From: Basidiobolus meristosporus CBS 931.73
Lineage: Eukaryota > Fungi > Basidiobolomycota
Length of the DNA: 64,000 nucleotides
Direction of reading: 5' to 3'
Assembly (NCBI GenBank): GCA_002104905.1
Contig: MCFE01000214.1
Location: forward strand, 1 to 64,000
The notes beneath the pieces are model-generated. The model searched no databases, was not told where the DNA came from, and was given only the letters and a program-made list of their open reading frames with translations. Numbering within the stretch: the stretch's first letter is position 1; every line of letters starts with the position of its first letter. Shown piece after piece: positions 50,808-62,284 of the stretch. The position numbers were made by a program, and so were the translations under genes.

Positions 50808-52224
50808 ATGGTCAAGCCAAAGCAAGACCAAGCCTTCGAACATAGGACCACCGACGTGTTGCCGGAGGACAATGAAACGAAATCCGAGAAATGGAGTTTC
50901 ACTTCGTGGATACCCAAATTCCCCAACCTCCCCAGCTACACTGGGTCTTTTACCGTAGGGTGCTGTGACCTCACCTGGTCGTACCTCAAAGAGAAACAGG
51001 TCTTCGAGGGCGCCCAAGAAGTCAACCATACTTCTCCCAAAGAAAACAAGCACATGCTCGTCAGACTGTACTATCCTGCGGTAGTGACCGGTGCCGAAAA
51101 AACTGCAGCCTGGCTGCCTTCCCCCAACTCGGCATATGCACAAGGTAAATCTCTTTTCGGTCGCCCAGGTGACGTTTCTTTTACTGAACGCCTTGTGCCA
51201 TTTGCACTTAGGTTATGGTGACTTCAAAAAGCTTCCCCGCTGGCTGTCGATTCCAGCAATGGTTGGAATGCTGTCTTTTACTTCAGTCAAAACCTTCGTA
51301 GAGGCTAAACTATCCCCGGTCGGGCCTTTCACTAACTCCGATGAGGGTGATCGCTCGAGTCAGCGGGATCGATTCCCGGTTGTAATATTTTCCCACGGAT
51401 TGGGTGGTTGTAGAACCACATATTCGTCCATTTGTGGTGAGATCGCGTCGCATGGATATGTTGTTTGCGCTGTAGAGCATCGAGATGGTACCGCTAACGC
51501 ATCCGCTCTGCCGAAGGGTGAAAAAGAGTTAATATCATACCGCTGGCCACCTGTAGATATCGATGCCGAGTACGTGTTCCGACGGGAGCAGCTCCTCTTC
51601 CGGGTGACGGAGATTCAGCAAATCATTCAGAGACTTGAGCGGCTCAACCGTGGTCTGGGGGTTGATGACAACAACCCGCCAACCGACATGGAGGCCCAAT
51701 TCCAAAATCGCTTGGATCTCTCCAACGTAGTAATGGCTGGGCATAGCTTTGGCGCCGCCACTGCAATAGAAACCCTACGGGTGGAGAAGTCGTTCTTCAA
51801 GTGTGGAGTCCTTTTAGATCCTTGGGTATTCGCTTTGGAGCATACTACAGACAACTGGAGGGGCCCCCTGGTACCCACCCTCGATCAACCAGTCCTTGTC
51901 ATCAATTCTGAAGGATTCACTGAATGGAAAGAGAGCTTTGATATTCTACTACCATTTCTCAACGCAAACCCTCAACGTGACCACTCTCCGTTTATCACCA
52001 TCAAAGACTCACTCCACATGAATCAGAGTGATTTCCCTTTATTGTTTCAATACGTGTACGGCCTGAAAAACAAATTCGGTGGGAAGATAGATCCGGAATA
52101 TGCCATCGCACTAAACAACCGTGCGATCCTGCAGTTCATGAGGGAATCCATCCCACTCTTCAGTCGTTTTTTAGCCGATGATGATAGGATCTTCTCTTCT
52201 GAGCCACATGTACTCTTTCATTAA
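50808..52224 (+). CDS. Platelet-activating-factor acetylhydrolase-like alpha/beta hydrolase, 2 exons
   Basis: FPVVIFSHGLGGCRTTYS; ASHGYVVCAVEHRDG; nucleophile GHSFG; LDPW; HMNQSD; intron 51145-51211. Confidence 0.9.
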
Positions 52225-52334
52225 TACCTAGACCGGCTCTTTTTATTTCAACCATGCGCATTCCGGATCTAATCTGCACATCAATCCTTTCCCTCGGTAT
52301 TCAAAGACCAAAGTTGCTTAAACAAGAAGAGCAT

Positions 52335-53477
52335 TTACCGAGTTGGCTCCAGTTCAAATCCCCAGTCTTCATGCACATGGATTAGATCAGTGACCTTCCA
52401 GGAACCACGTCTCCACATCTCTTCATCCTCTGGATACGCTTCAGCCAGCTTTTTCATCGCTCGTACACTCTTGATTGCATGCCCATGGATATCCTCATCA
52501 TCGATGGCCGCTTGGGAGATCTTCTCCCAGGCTTTTGCTTTGTCGCTAGATAAGTTATTGATGGGATATTCAGTGACATATTCCCATTTGGGCTTCAACT
52601 TTCTGGCGAAAATAAAGATTCTTAGAGTGGTTAGCCACATCAAACGTAACGCACGAACTTGATCGTTCTTGGATAAATAAGGGAGAATCACCCGAGTGCC
52701 ATGAAGCCCGGTCATTAGATGACATATGTAGAAGTTGGGAGGTTGCTCAACTGGGTGACCCAGAAAGAGCAGCGTGATTGCTCGGGCAAGTTCATGGATC
52801 TTGTGCTCCAGGTTTTCCTGGGGATCCCAAGCAGTGAAGTATTCCTGGATATACCTCACATGTTCAGCATCCATCGACCTCTCAAATACTCCATCAATAT
52901 CAAGTCCTTCAAGGTCATTGAAACGTGGGTCAACTCTCATCTCATCCAGAATACTGATGATATCCTTGGAGGTATGTCCAGGATGCACCTTGTCAACCAG
53001 TTCTCCAGCTGCATCATATGCCAAGGTAGCAAACGCTAGAGCCTCTCCAAGAATCAAATCATTCCTGAACTCCGTAGCATACCCCAGGTGAATCAATGGA
53101 TGGATTACTTGTGCAGCGAGACCAGGAATTAGACTTGGTGCATATTTCTGGAATGCAGTATCGAAGCCCAGTTTGGCAACCTCGCCATCGAAGAAATCGG
53201 TCAAATCGCGATATGCGTCATTCTTACCGGTGTATTGGCGGTAGTTGCTCTCGTTGATCTGGTACTTTGACTCTCCCAATTTGCGCAGATGTTGGGTTGC
53301 CCCTTTCTGGAGTTGTTCCCGCATACGCTCTCCAGTGGCTCCCAAGTCATACAGGCTTCCAAGAAGATGCACACTATGGTTGTGGTAGTAATCGTTGAAG
53401 AAAAGGTCGTATTCCCGATGGTTTTGGCCGATCAGTTCCTCAAAGGCTTTCTTGTTATTGCTAGTGGTAGCGGACAT
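52335..53477 (-). CDS. Questin-oxidase-like protein (DUF4243/PF14027), copy A, 380 aa
   Basis: YHNHSVHLLGSLYDLGA; HPLIHLGYATEF...GEALA; FYICHLMTGLHG; HGHAIKSVRA. Start MSATT chosen by alignment with copies B and C. Intronless. Confidence 0.82.
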   Translation of the reverse strand: MSATTSNNKKAFEELIGQNHREYDLFFNDYYHNHSVHLLGSLYDLGATGERMREQLQKGATQHLRKLGESKYQINESNYRQYTGKNDAYRDLTDFFDGEVAKLGFDTAFQKYAPSLIPGLAAQVIHPLIHLGYATEFRNDLILGEALAFATLAYDAAGELVDKVHPGHTSKDIISILDEMRVDPRFNDLEGLDIDGVFERSMDAEHVRYIQEYFTAWDPQENLEHKIHELARAITLLFLGHPVEQPPNFYICHLMTGLHGTRVILPYLSKNDQVRALRLMWLTTLRIFIFARKLKPKWEYVTEYPINNLSSDKAKAWEKISQAAIDDEDIHGHAIKSVRAMKKLAEAYPEDEEMWRRGSWKVTDLIHVHEDWGFELEPTR

Positions 53478-53564
53478 ATTGTTGTTTGAATGAGAGCCAT
53501 TCCCCCTGGAGCTCTCTATTATATACTTGCTCAGCCATGCCCACTCCATCTTTCATCCCGTTCT

Positions 53565-53596
53565 AAATGAAGCATAAGCAATTAGTAATCCATGCA
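53565..53596. promoter_or_regulatory. Conserved 32-bp upstream block containing TTAGTAA (Yap1/Pap1-type YRE), copy A
   Basis: aaatgaagcataagcaattagtaatccatgca, 29/32 identical to the block upstream of copy B (56172-56203); TATATAA (minus strand) lies between it and the ATG. Confidence 0.6.
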
Positions 53597-54935
53597 ATAC
53601 TGTGTGACGAAGTGGCAGGGTTGCTGGTTGAAAGGACCCAGCCAAGCCACCAATAGTCAGAGCTTTTCCGTAGTGAGACAATCATTGCTCCAGAAATACC
53701 TCGTAAGGCGAATCATTGGCCACCAACCTGTACTAAACAACCTATCAAATCTCAACATAATCCTTGGACCGAGTTTATTTTACATCACTTCGAATTATAG
53801 TGAATTGCCGTTTCAGGCGAGATGTGATCGTTCAGACTATACATTCCATTTAGAGCACCAATACATGATCCGTGGATTAGGAAATCCAATCGTCCAGAAC
53901 ATAAAACCCTTCCCAGAGATGATTGACAGGATGGCATGACTCTCATTCATGATGTTCAGGTGCGACTCAATGGTTGGTAGCGTGGGAGTGACGATCGTAC
54001 TTTTCGACCGCGTATGTTGGTAGAACTAGTTACCACCAGCTCATTCGGGATGCCTTGCAAATGAATCAGCGCTCTGGATTTGGGATCCCTTAAAGTTCCA
54101 TGAACTTTTTCTGCCTCGTTAGTCATCACTTTATCCATTCCTTAGGCAATGGAATTGGTTTCTGTACAATGCCATCATCCAGCGGTTGGGAACTCGACTT
54201 GACCAACGGGAACCCTTACTAGTAAACATACATGATTATCTATCGATTTCAAACACTAACTTGCGGTCGGGGAAACGGCCTACTCTGCGCCCCGAGATTT
54301 GAATTACTAATAGGAAGCAAATTATGGTGTGCAAAGGAGTGACACAGCTCAATATGGTAGTATTTCGCCAACTAGGCTGGAGGATCTACCAGATTCTTGG
54401 CAATTCCAAACCAGTTTGTGCCAACTGGTGTAGCGTTTCTGAGCACAAATGCCGGATGGGAGTATCTAATAAGCATTAGTTTCGTACTCGACTGTCCGAG
54501 TAGAAACGCAATAGGGGTCTGGCTGGTTTGAAATAGAGTACTCGCAGGTTCCAGGTTGGAGTTTGTGAATCATCAGGAGCAGTTGCCATTCTGAGGGTCG
54601 GAGGTTCGGCTCATCATCCACGAACCAATGTACCTCGTCTATAGATTGGTGAATAGAATGGGGTAGGGCCCACATCACCTATAGTTTCCGATTTTGAAGT
54701 GATACACATCCGTGCGTTTCCTTGATCCATAATGATACTCCTCCAGTATGCTTTATCCAACGGTGATGTCAGTCACGTATTCTCATCCACTTGCTTTTAG
54801 AAACATTTACATTTATTCAGATCGACAAATAAACCAAATAGCATAAAGATGTGCCATCTCCTTTGAAACAAGTCGTGCGACAATCACTTACCTCAGTTAA
54901 CTATGGCCGAGGCCACTAAGGATCCCAAGATATAT

Positions 54936-56078
54936 TTACTCAGTTGGTGCCAATTTGTAACTCCAGTCTTGATGAACATGAACTTGATTGGTGACCCTCC
55001 AAGAGCCCCGTCTCCAGATTTCCTCATCCTCTGGATAGGTTTCAGCTAGCTTTTTCATGGCTCGAACACTCTTGATCGTATGGCCATGGACATCATCATC
55101 ATTGATGGCCGCTCGGGATATCTCCTCCCATGCCTCTGCCTTGTCTTGGGGCAGGCTGTCGATGGGATACCCCGTGATATGCTCCCATTTGGGCTTGAAG
55201 TGTCTGACGAGAATAAAGTATCGCAGAGTGGTTAGCCACATCAAACGCAATGCACGAATCTGGTCATTCTTGCATAGGTGGGGGAGAAGAACCCGAGTGC
55301 CATGAAGCCCAGTCATTAGATGGCATATGAAGAAGTTGAGATGCTCCTCAGGCGGGTAGCCCAGGAAGAGCAAGGTGATCGCCCTTGCGAGTTCATGGGT
55401 CTTTTTCTCCGTGTCTTCCTGAGGATCCCAGGCGGTGAAGTATTCCTGGATATGCTCCATATGTTTGGCATCCATTGACCCCTTAAACACCCCATATACG
55501 CCAAGATCTTCAAGGTCGTTGAAGCGAGGGTCAGCTCTAACCTCATCTAGAATACTGGCGATATCCTTGGAGGTAGGTCCAGGGTGAACCTTGTCAATCA
55601 GTTCTCCAGCCGAGTCATAGGCCAAGGTGGCTAGTGCTAAGGCCTCCCCGAGGATCAGATCATTCCTGAACTCCGCAGCATACCCCAGGTGAATCAAAGG
55701 ATGAATCACATGAGAACCAAGACCGGGGATTAGGGCTGGCACATACTTCTGGAAAGCAGCATCGAATCCCAGTTTGGCAATCTCACCATCAAAGAAGTCG
55801 GCCAAATCACGATATGCCACACCCTTGCCGACATATTGTTGGTAGTTATCCTCGTTGATCTGGTATTCGGATTCGGGTCGCTTCAGCAGATGTGATTTGA
55901 CCCCCTTCTGGAATCTCTCACGCATACGCTCCTCACTGGCTCCCAGATCATACAGACTCCCAAGAAGGTGTGCGCTATGGTTGTGGTAGTGCCCGTTGAA
56001 GAAGATGTCATATTTCTGATGATTTTGGCCAATCAGATCCTCGAAGGCTTTCTTGCTAGTACTAGAAGTGACGGGCAT
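54936..56078 (-). CDS. Questin-oxidase-like protein (DUF4243), copy B, 380 aa
   Basis: Same His motifs as copy A; intact and intronless. Confidence 0.85.
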   Translation of the reverse strand: MPVTSSTSKKAFEDLIGQNHQKYDIFFNGHYHNHSAHLLGSLYDLGASEERMRERFQKGVKSHLLKRPESEYQINEDNYQQYVGKGVAYRDLADFFDGEIAKLGFDAAFQKYVPALIPGLGSHVIHPLIHLGYAAEFRNDLILGEALALATLAYDSAGELIDKVHPGPTSKDIASILDEVRADPRFNDLEDLGVYGVFKGSMDAKHMEHIQEYFTAWDPQEDTEKKTHELARAITLLFLGYPPEEHLNFFICHLMTGLHGTRVLLPHLCKNDQIRALRLMWLTTLRYFILVRHFKPKWEHITGYPIDSLPQDKAEAWEEISRAAINDDDVHGHTIKSVRAMKKLAETYPEDEEIWRRGSWRVTNQVHVHQDWSYKLAPTE

Positions 56079-56325
56079 GTTGTTGTGTGATTATGGGAAT
56101 CCCTTCACTTGACGCCCTCTGTTATATACTCATACAACCTTGCCAACTTCCTTTATGTTTCGTCGTATGCCAAATGAAGCATTTGCAATTAGTAATCCAA
56201 GCATGAATGAGAGCGCGTGGTTGATCAATGTCGCATAACTAACACCAGGATCCAAATTGCCCAAACCCACTCAGTAGTGATGTAACAAAGTCAAATTAAG
56301 GCTGAATGAGTCTGCCAGCTGCGGT
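55003..56325. repeat. 1,323-bp near-identical segment, copy 1 (partner 58774-60096)
   Basis: Constant offset of 3771 bp; only 5 amino-acid differences over ~360 codons; upstream ~245 bp almost identical. Confidence 0.92.
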
Positions 56326-57420
56326 GGATTGGTAAGATATATTGCCCACCAACCTTACAAAGGCAATTCATTGTTTATGGTGTGAGGAGATTGTAATAAA
56401 CTGAGCACAGGGAGGTCGGCATTGGAGATGGATTAGAGCAGTATTTCTCAAGTGTTCAAACATTGGCTAATTGCTAGCCACCTAATTGCCTATTAATACA
56501 ATCCAGATGCTCACTAATAACTCCTTGCCTTGACAGCTCTACCTCTCGTAGTACAGTCAACCTATAGTACCCTCCAGGATGCCTGAATCTGAGATCCTCC
56601 ATGCGCAATAAGAAATCTCCTTAATACTTTATATGGTGCTAAAATGGACGATCTATTTCTACCCTTTGCAGTTCTCAGATTGGGATGGTATTGGCAATGC
56701 TTAAATCTCGATTAAGCAGTAGGCCAATCGGCCATTTTCATCCTCGGCGTTAGAGCTCCTTGCACCGAGGTTTGTATTACTAATCCATCAATTCATGAGG
56801 TGCGGAGTGGTATGAGGTCACTTGGCGTATTCAGCATTCATTAGCTTTGGCAAGTCACAAATTTAGGTTCCTGAGAATTTCGCGTCATTTGGTGTCACCC
56901 ATCTTAAATGAACAAGAGCTACTCATTCTGAACCTATTTCTGGAAAGGTTGAAAACCCACTCGTGTCACCCTGGAAAGTGTTTGCATGGTTATGCGTAGA
57001 TGTCAAACGATACAATTCCATGGTGAAATCGCAACTCCTGGGCTGACCACCGAGTAAGTGAGAGTGCCCACAAACCAAGACGCCATATCGCATGCCCTCG
57101 GTTCTGCATCGGTGGTGAAATATGCAAAAGTCCATTTCACTGTTTTGGCCTTTGCTGCCATGTGGTGAGGTTGTCTGGATCAAGTCACAGGCTCTCATCC
57201 ACTGGTGTTTCGTCTTGTTTTAGAGACGTCACTGTTCATTCAGCTCTGCAAATGACAGCTTTGAGAATTTACTCCCAGGCTGCTGCCCCGTCTTTGGTAG
57301 GTTATTAATGAGGTGTTCAGCGATATGTTCCCATCTGCGCCTCAACTGTTCGATGAAATCAAAGACTGCGAATGATTAATCACCTCAAATACCATGTACA
57401 AGCTATATCATCCTAGGAAA

Positions 57421-57887
57421 AGTGCAGGAAAATAGGCCCAGTGCCATGAAGCCCAGTCATTATATGCACTAGGAAGAATGTGAGAGGCGGCTTAGACGGA
57501 TGACCCGAAAGAGCAAGATGATCATCCGTGGGAGTTCATGAACCTTGAAGGCCGTTGAAACATGGGCCAATCTTAGCGATGATGTCCTTGAGTTTATAGT
57601 ACATGTTTCTGGAAAGCAGCATTGATGCCCAATTTGGCAACCTCACCATCAAAGAAATCGGTCAAAATGCGATGTGGTACCCTATCAGTACATAGCTGAT
57701 AATTATTCTCATTGAACTGATATTTGGATTCAAATAGTCTATACGAATCTTCTTTGGCTCTCACGCTTACATCCTTCAGCAGCCCTCGGTTCTATGTGGT
57801 TCCGAAAAATACATGTGGTACTTCCGAGAATTACTCTTTGGCGATAACGCTACTAGATTCCTCTAAAGCCTTCTTGCTACTATACAT
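57421..57887 (-). pseudogene. Internally deleted DUF4243 pseudogene (psi1)
   Basis: Blocks matching copies A/B in colinear order (gtgccatgaagcccagtcatta; ctggaaagcagcatt...caccatcaaagaaatcggtcaaa; aaagccttcttgcta...cat) but compressed to ~470 bp with no open frame. Confidence 0.85.
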
Positions 57888-58709
57888 AATGGTGGTGATA
57901 TCGTTGTTTAGATATACGTGCTTTCACCCGATACTTATTAACAGGCCACTTTGAAGCCAGGTTCAACAGCCATTCAGTTCCCAGAAACAGTTCTAACCAA
58001 TTTAGTTAGGATGACAAGCTACCGACCGTTCTGTCATTTGTCTTCAGAAGTAAAGCGCTACACTGTAAGTGGTAGATCAATGAAATCCATGAGTGGTCGT
58101 CATTTATATCATATCACTTGATATCGCGTACACTGCTAGTTTAGATTACCAAAACAAGCTTAAGTCGGCTAACCAATAAACACTCGACTTTTAGTTAACG
58201 CCTAGTAGAAATATCCTTAGAATTGGGCATTTGCCGATGGTGCGAAGTTCTGATTAATCATGGTGGCTACCATCTTGTTAATCCTTTCAGGATTCCTAAG
58301 AATCTGGAAAATATGAAGACAATAACTGGCACCTTTGAAGGAATATTTATTAATGGTGATTTGTATCCGGTAAAAGCGGTACTATTTACAGGTAATGCTT
58401 TCCATCGTGTAGAACGTATGGAAAAGTTACACAAGCAGTATATAGCCCCTAGGGCAATTTTTAGAGCATCACAGACCAGAAGAGTCCTCAAAACAAGTAT
58501 AGACGATTTCTAGCTTGCAGACTTCAATGGATCACTGGGTATTTGAAACACCAGCTGAGGAGCCGATTATTCACAGTACTCAACATTAACCTTAACCAAT
58601 AGCCTTCCTCTGCAACACCACGTGAGCATCCAGAGATCCGTAGCAAATGCTTTATTTGAAATACCCGCTTGTTGGATGTGAGTGACACAATGGTGCTTTT
58701 CTCCATTCT

Positions 58710-59849
58710 TCAATTATCGAGACCTTGGAATCCCCAATCATCATGAACATGGACAAGGTTGGCAACCTTCCAGGAGCCCCGTCTCCAGATTTCCTCATCC
58801 TCTGGATAGGTTTCAGCTAGCTTTTTCATGGCTCGAACACTCTTGATCGTATGGCCATGGACATCATCATCATTGATGGCCGCTCGGGATATCTCCTCCC
58901 ATGCCTCTGCCTTGTCTTGGGGCAGGCTGTCGATGGGATACCCCGTGATTTGCTCCCATTTGGGCTTGAAGTGTCTGACGAGAATAAAGTATCGCAGAGT
59001 GGTTAGCCACATCAAACGCAATGCACGAATCTGGTCATTCTTGGATAGGTGGGGGAGAAGAACCCGAGTGCCATGAAGCCCAGTCATTAGATGGCATATG
59101 AAGAAGTTGAGATGCTCCTCAAATGGGTAGCCCAGGAAGAGCAAGGTGATCGCCCTTGCAAGTTCATGGGTCTTTTTCTCCGTGTCTTCCTGAGGATCCC
59201 AGGCGGTGAAGTATTCCTGGATATGCTCCATATGTTTGGCATCCATTGACCCCTTAAACACCCCATATACGCCAAGATCTTCAAGGTCGTTGAAGCGAGG
59301 GTCAGCTCTAACCTCATCTAGAATACTGGCGATATCCTTGGAGGTAGGTCCAGGGTGAACCTTGTCAATCAGTTCTCCAGCCGAGTCATAGGCCAAGGTG
59401 GCTAGTGCTAAGGCCTCCCCGAGGATCAGATCATTCCTGAACTCCGCAGCATACCCCAGGTGAATCAAAGGATGAATCACATGAGAACCAAGACCGGGGA
59501 TTAGGGCTGGCACATACTTCTGGAAAGCAGCATCGAATCCCAGTTTGGCAATCTCACCATCAAAGAAGTCGGCCAAATCACGATATGCCACACCCTTGGC
59601 GACATATTGCTGGTAGTTATCCTCGTTGATCTGGTATTCGGATTCGGGTAGCTTCAGCAGATGTGATTTGACCCCCTTCTGGAATCTCTCACGCATACGC
59701 TCCTCACTGGCTCCCAGATCATACAGACTCCCGAGAAGGTGTGCGCTATGGTTGTGGTAGTGCCCGTTGAAGAAGATGTCATATTTCTGATGATTTTGGC
59801 CAATCAGATCCTCGAAGGCTTTCTTGCTAGTACTAGAAGTGACGGGCAT
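58710..59849 (-). CDS. Questin-oxidase-like protein (DUF4243), copy C, 379 aa
   Basis: Intact; near-identical to copy B except for the last ~20 residues. Confidence 0.85.
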   Translation of the reverse strand: MPVTSSTSKKAFEDLIGQNHQKYDIFFNGHYHNHSAHLLGSLYDLGASEERMRERFQKGVKSHLLKLPESEYQINEDNYQQYVAKGVAYRDLADFFDGEIAKLGFDAAFQKYVPALIPGLGSHVIHPLIHLGYAAEFRNDLILGEALALATLAYDSAGELIDKVHPGPTSKDIASILDEVRADPRFNDLEDLGVYGVFKGSMDAKHMEHIQEYFTAWDPQEDTEKKTHELARAITLLFLGYPFEEHLNFFICHLMTGLHGTRVLLPHLSKNDQIRALRLMWLTTLRYFILVRHFKPKWEQITGYPIDSLPQDKAEAWEEISRAAINDDDVHGHTIKSVRAMKKLAETYPEDEEIWRRGSWKVANLVHVHDDWGFQGLDN

Positions 59850-60096
59850 GTTGTTGTGTGATTATGGGAATCCCTTCACTTGACGCCCTCTGTTATATAC
59901 TCATACAACCTTGCCAACTTCCTTTATGTTTCGTCGTATGCCAAATGAAGTATTTGCAATTAGTAATCCAAGCATGAATGAGAGCGCGTGGTTGATCAAT
60001 GTCGCATAACTAACACCAGGATCCAAATTGCCCAAACCCACTCAGTAATGATGTAACAAAGTCAAATTAAGGCTGAATGAGTCTGCCAGCTGCGGT
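58774..60096. repeat. 1,323-bp near-identical segment, copy 2 (partner 55003-56325)
   Basis: See partner. Confidence 0.92.
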
Positions 60097-60600
60097 AGTT
60101 CGGTATGACACATTGTCCACCAACATTACATAGGCTTGAGGAGCATAAATTCAGAGGTTGTATCAGATATGGATCAAAACAGCACTCCTCAAGTGTCCAA
60201 ACATTGGTTAATTGTTGGCCACTTAATTACCTGTTAGTACAATAGATATTCACCAATGGCTCCTAAACATTCAATACTCCCCAGGAATACCAAATCTGAA
60301 GGTATTGTGACACTACTGGAATGTAGTAGACAATCTATTTTTGCTCTGGGAAAAAAGCCTGTTAAGCTAGCAAGCCTGAACCATCCATGCTACCTTAACA
60401 ATAAAGAGCCACTGTACTTTGTCTGCATTAATCATGAAATATACATTATGTTGACGTCTTGTGGGGAGATTATTTGGATCAAGCCACATGCTCGCATCTG
60501 CTAGTATTTTGAGTTACTTCCTGAATAATAGGTGGTGGTTGGAAAGCAAGTAATCTACTTTGAAACAAATTGTTTAACAGCCACCCACCTTAAGAGGGGC

Positions 60601-61290
60601 AGTTACTAGGCTGGGGTCCCCATGAGCATGGACTAAACTGGTGAACCTCCAAGAGCCACGTCTCCAGGTTTCTCCATCCTCTGGATAGGTCTCAGCCTGC
60701 TTTTTAATGCTTGTCAATGCATGATTGTATGACTGCGAACGCCATCGTCATTGATGACAACCATGTGGAATTACTCCTGGGCTTTAGCTTTGCCCTCCCA
60801 CTAGTTGCCAATGAGGTGGCCAGTAAAATTTTCCCATTTGGGCATCAACTCTTACAATGAATATAATGACCAAATAAATGTTCTAAAATCAATCTGTTCT
60901 TCAGCAGCCAAACCAGTCCAAAAACTAATTGCATAATAGCTACAGATGCATCAAATACATACAGGGGATCCATTTCCAAAGGAATTTTCCCACAATGGTA
61001 ATGCACAGCACCTATTGCTTCCAATGTATCCTGTGTAGGATTTTCTTTGGAGTCCCACTTTAATATATACATTTGCAGTACATTCAGCACATATGCTTGC
61101 ACCTTGAAATAAGTATAAAGGTACTGATTCAAATTTGCTGGAAATATTTTGGGCCATATAAGCTCTGAAATATATTGCTAGTTCTTCACATTTATCTGGT
61201 CACTCATAGAGCTCATAAGCATAAGATGCCACCTGTGCACTCTGTCTTTAGTATTGGCATATTGTTGGAAGGTAAATGGGTTGCTTACAA
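60601..61290 (-). pseudogene. Degenerate, more divergent DUF4243 pseudogene (psi2); upstream limit uncertain
   Basis: 60601-60850 matches the 3' end of copies A-C (ctccaagagccacgtctccag, catcctctggatagg, tcccatttgggc); LQMYILKWDSKENPTQDTLEAIGAV aligns with IQEYFTAWDPQEDTEKKTHELARAI; stops and frameshifts present. Confidence 0.7.
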
Positions 61291-61935
61291 TGAAAAGTAC
61301 TTGCTACTACATATTCCCACTATCTTCAATAACTCTACTTTACATTTAGATCCCTATTGTGCTGCAATGCAAAGCACCCTATTCCTATGGAGTGGGAGAA
61401 AGTATTACACAAATTTAGCAAAATCAACTCAAGGAAATTCTACTGCCAGCCAAAAGGAATGAAGCAACTGATTGCAAGCCTGATTGGAGTATACAACCAA
61501 GCATTAGTTGGCCAGTATACAGCTAAGTGTTGTCTGGAAATAAGGAAACTCTAGATCTGTTGTAAATGACAAACCCTTACCTTGACCAAAAGTGAGTTAA
61601 TTTTGCCCAAATAGGAGCCATGGGATAGCCCAGAGACTATATAGCACTATTACCATCTGATATAATGACTCTGCATATAATTTCAGCCTGTGCAAGGGAT
61701 TAAAGATGATGATTAGTATGTTGATCAGATTGTTCTGATGTTTAGGCATACAATTAAGTAGATAAGCACATTGTATTACAAATAATTTCTTCAGTTATGT
61801 TAAACACCAATGCATATACTGTTGAATAGTATATTAGTTCAGTATGCAATACATTTAAATCTTTTTATACACTTATTACAGATTGCACACTCTCAGTATG
61901 TATCTATTACATATGAGTATTTTGTCAAGTGGGAG

Positions 61936-62284
61936 TGTGGTAATTATAAAGTTGTCATGTAAATGTTCATGCTAACTTAGTGACATAGATCATATTCTTT
62001 GATTAGCATTCTGTCCTGACCAAATGTCTTGTCACAATTTACTTGGAATACTTTCACCATATTATCAGGTACCCAGATTATGGTCTTGCTCAGAGTTGTC
62101 CAAAAGCCCCCAATCTTTGCACACATATTCTTAGGACCTTCCTGAGCATATTTTACACACTTGTTTACTCTACTTTATCAAAAGTATAAATCCCATACTT
62201 TTGATCAGTAAATCAACAAGTGGATAACATTTAAGTCCTCTTGTTCTCCATATCTCTTCCAATACTCCTCCAAATATTGCAACA
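61936..62284 (+). repeat. Solo LTR related to the Copia LTRs, opposite orientation (~349 bp)
   Basis: Reverse complement reads tgttgcaatatttggaggagtattggaag...ggaaggtcctaagaatatgtgtgcaaag...ttaccaca; no matching TSD (GGGAG/GATAT). Confidence 0.82.

Noticed and set aside
53940-54900. Short ORFs between oxidase copies (also 56923-57198 and 58223-58513)
   Set aside because: Under 100 aa, mostly non-ATG starts, no motifs; one HSHLLGG resemblance to the hydrolase SHGLGG is probably chance.
61558-61810. Possible additional LTR starting TGTTGTAAA
   Set aside because: No internal similarity to the other LTRs and no convincing inverted end.
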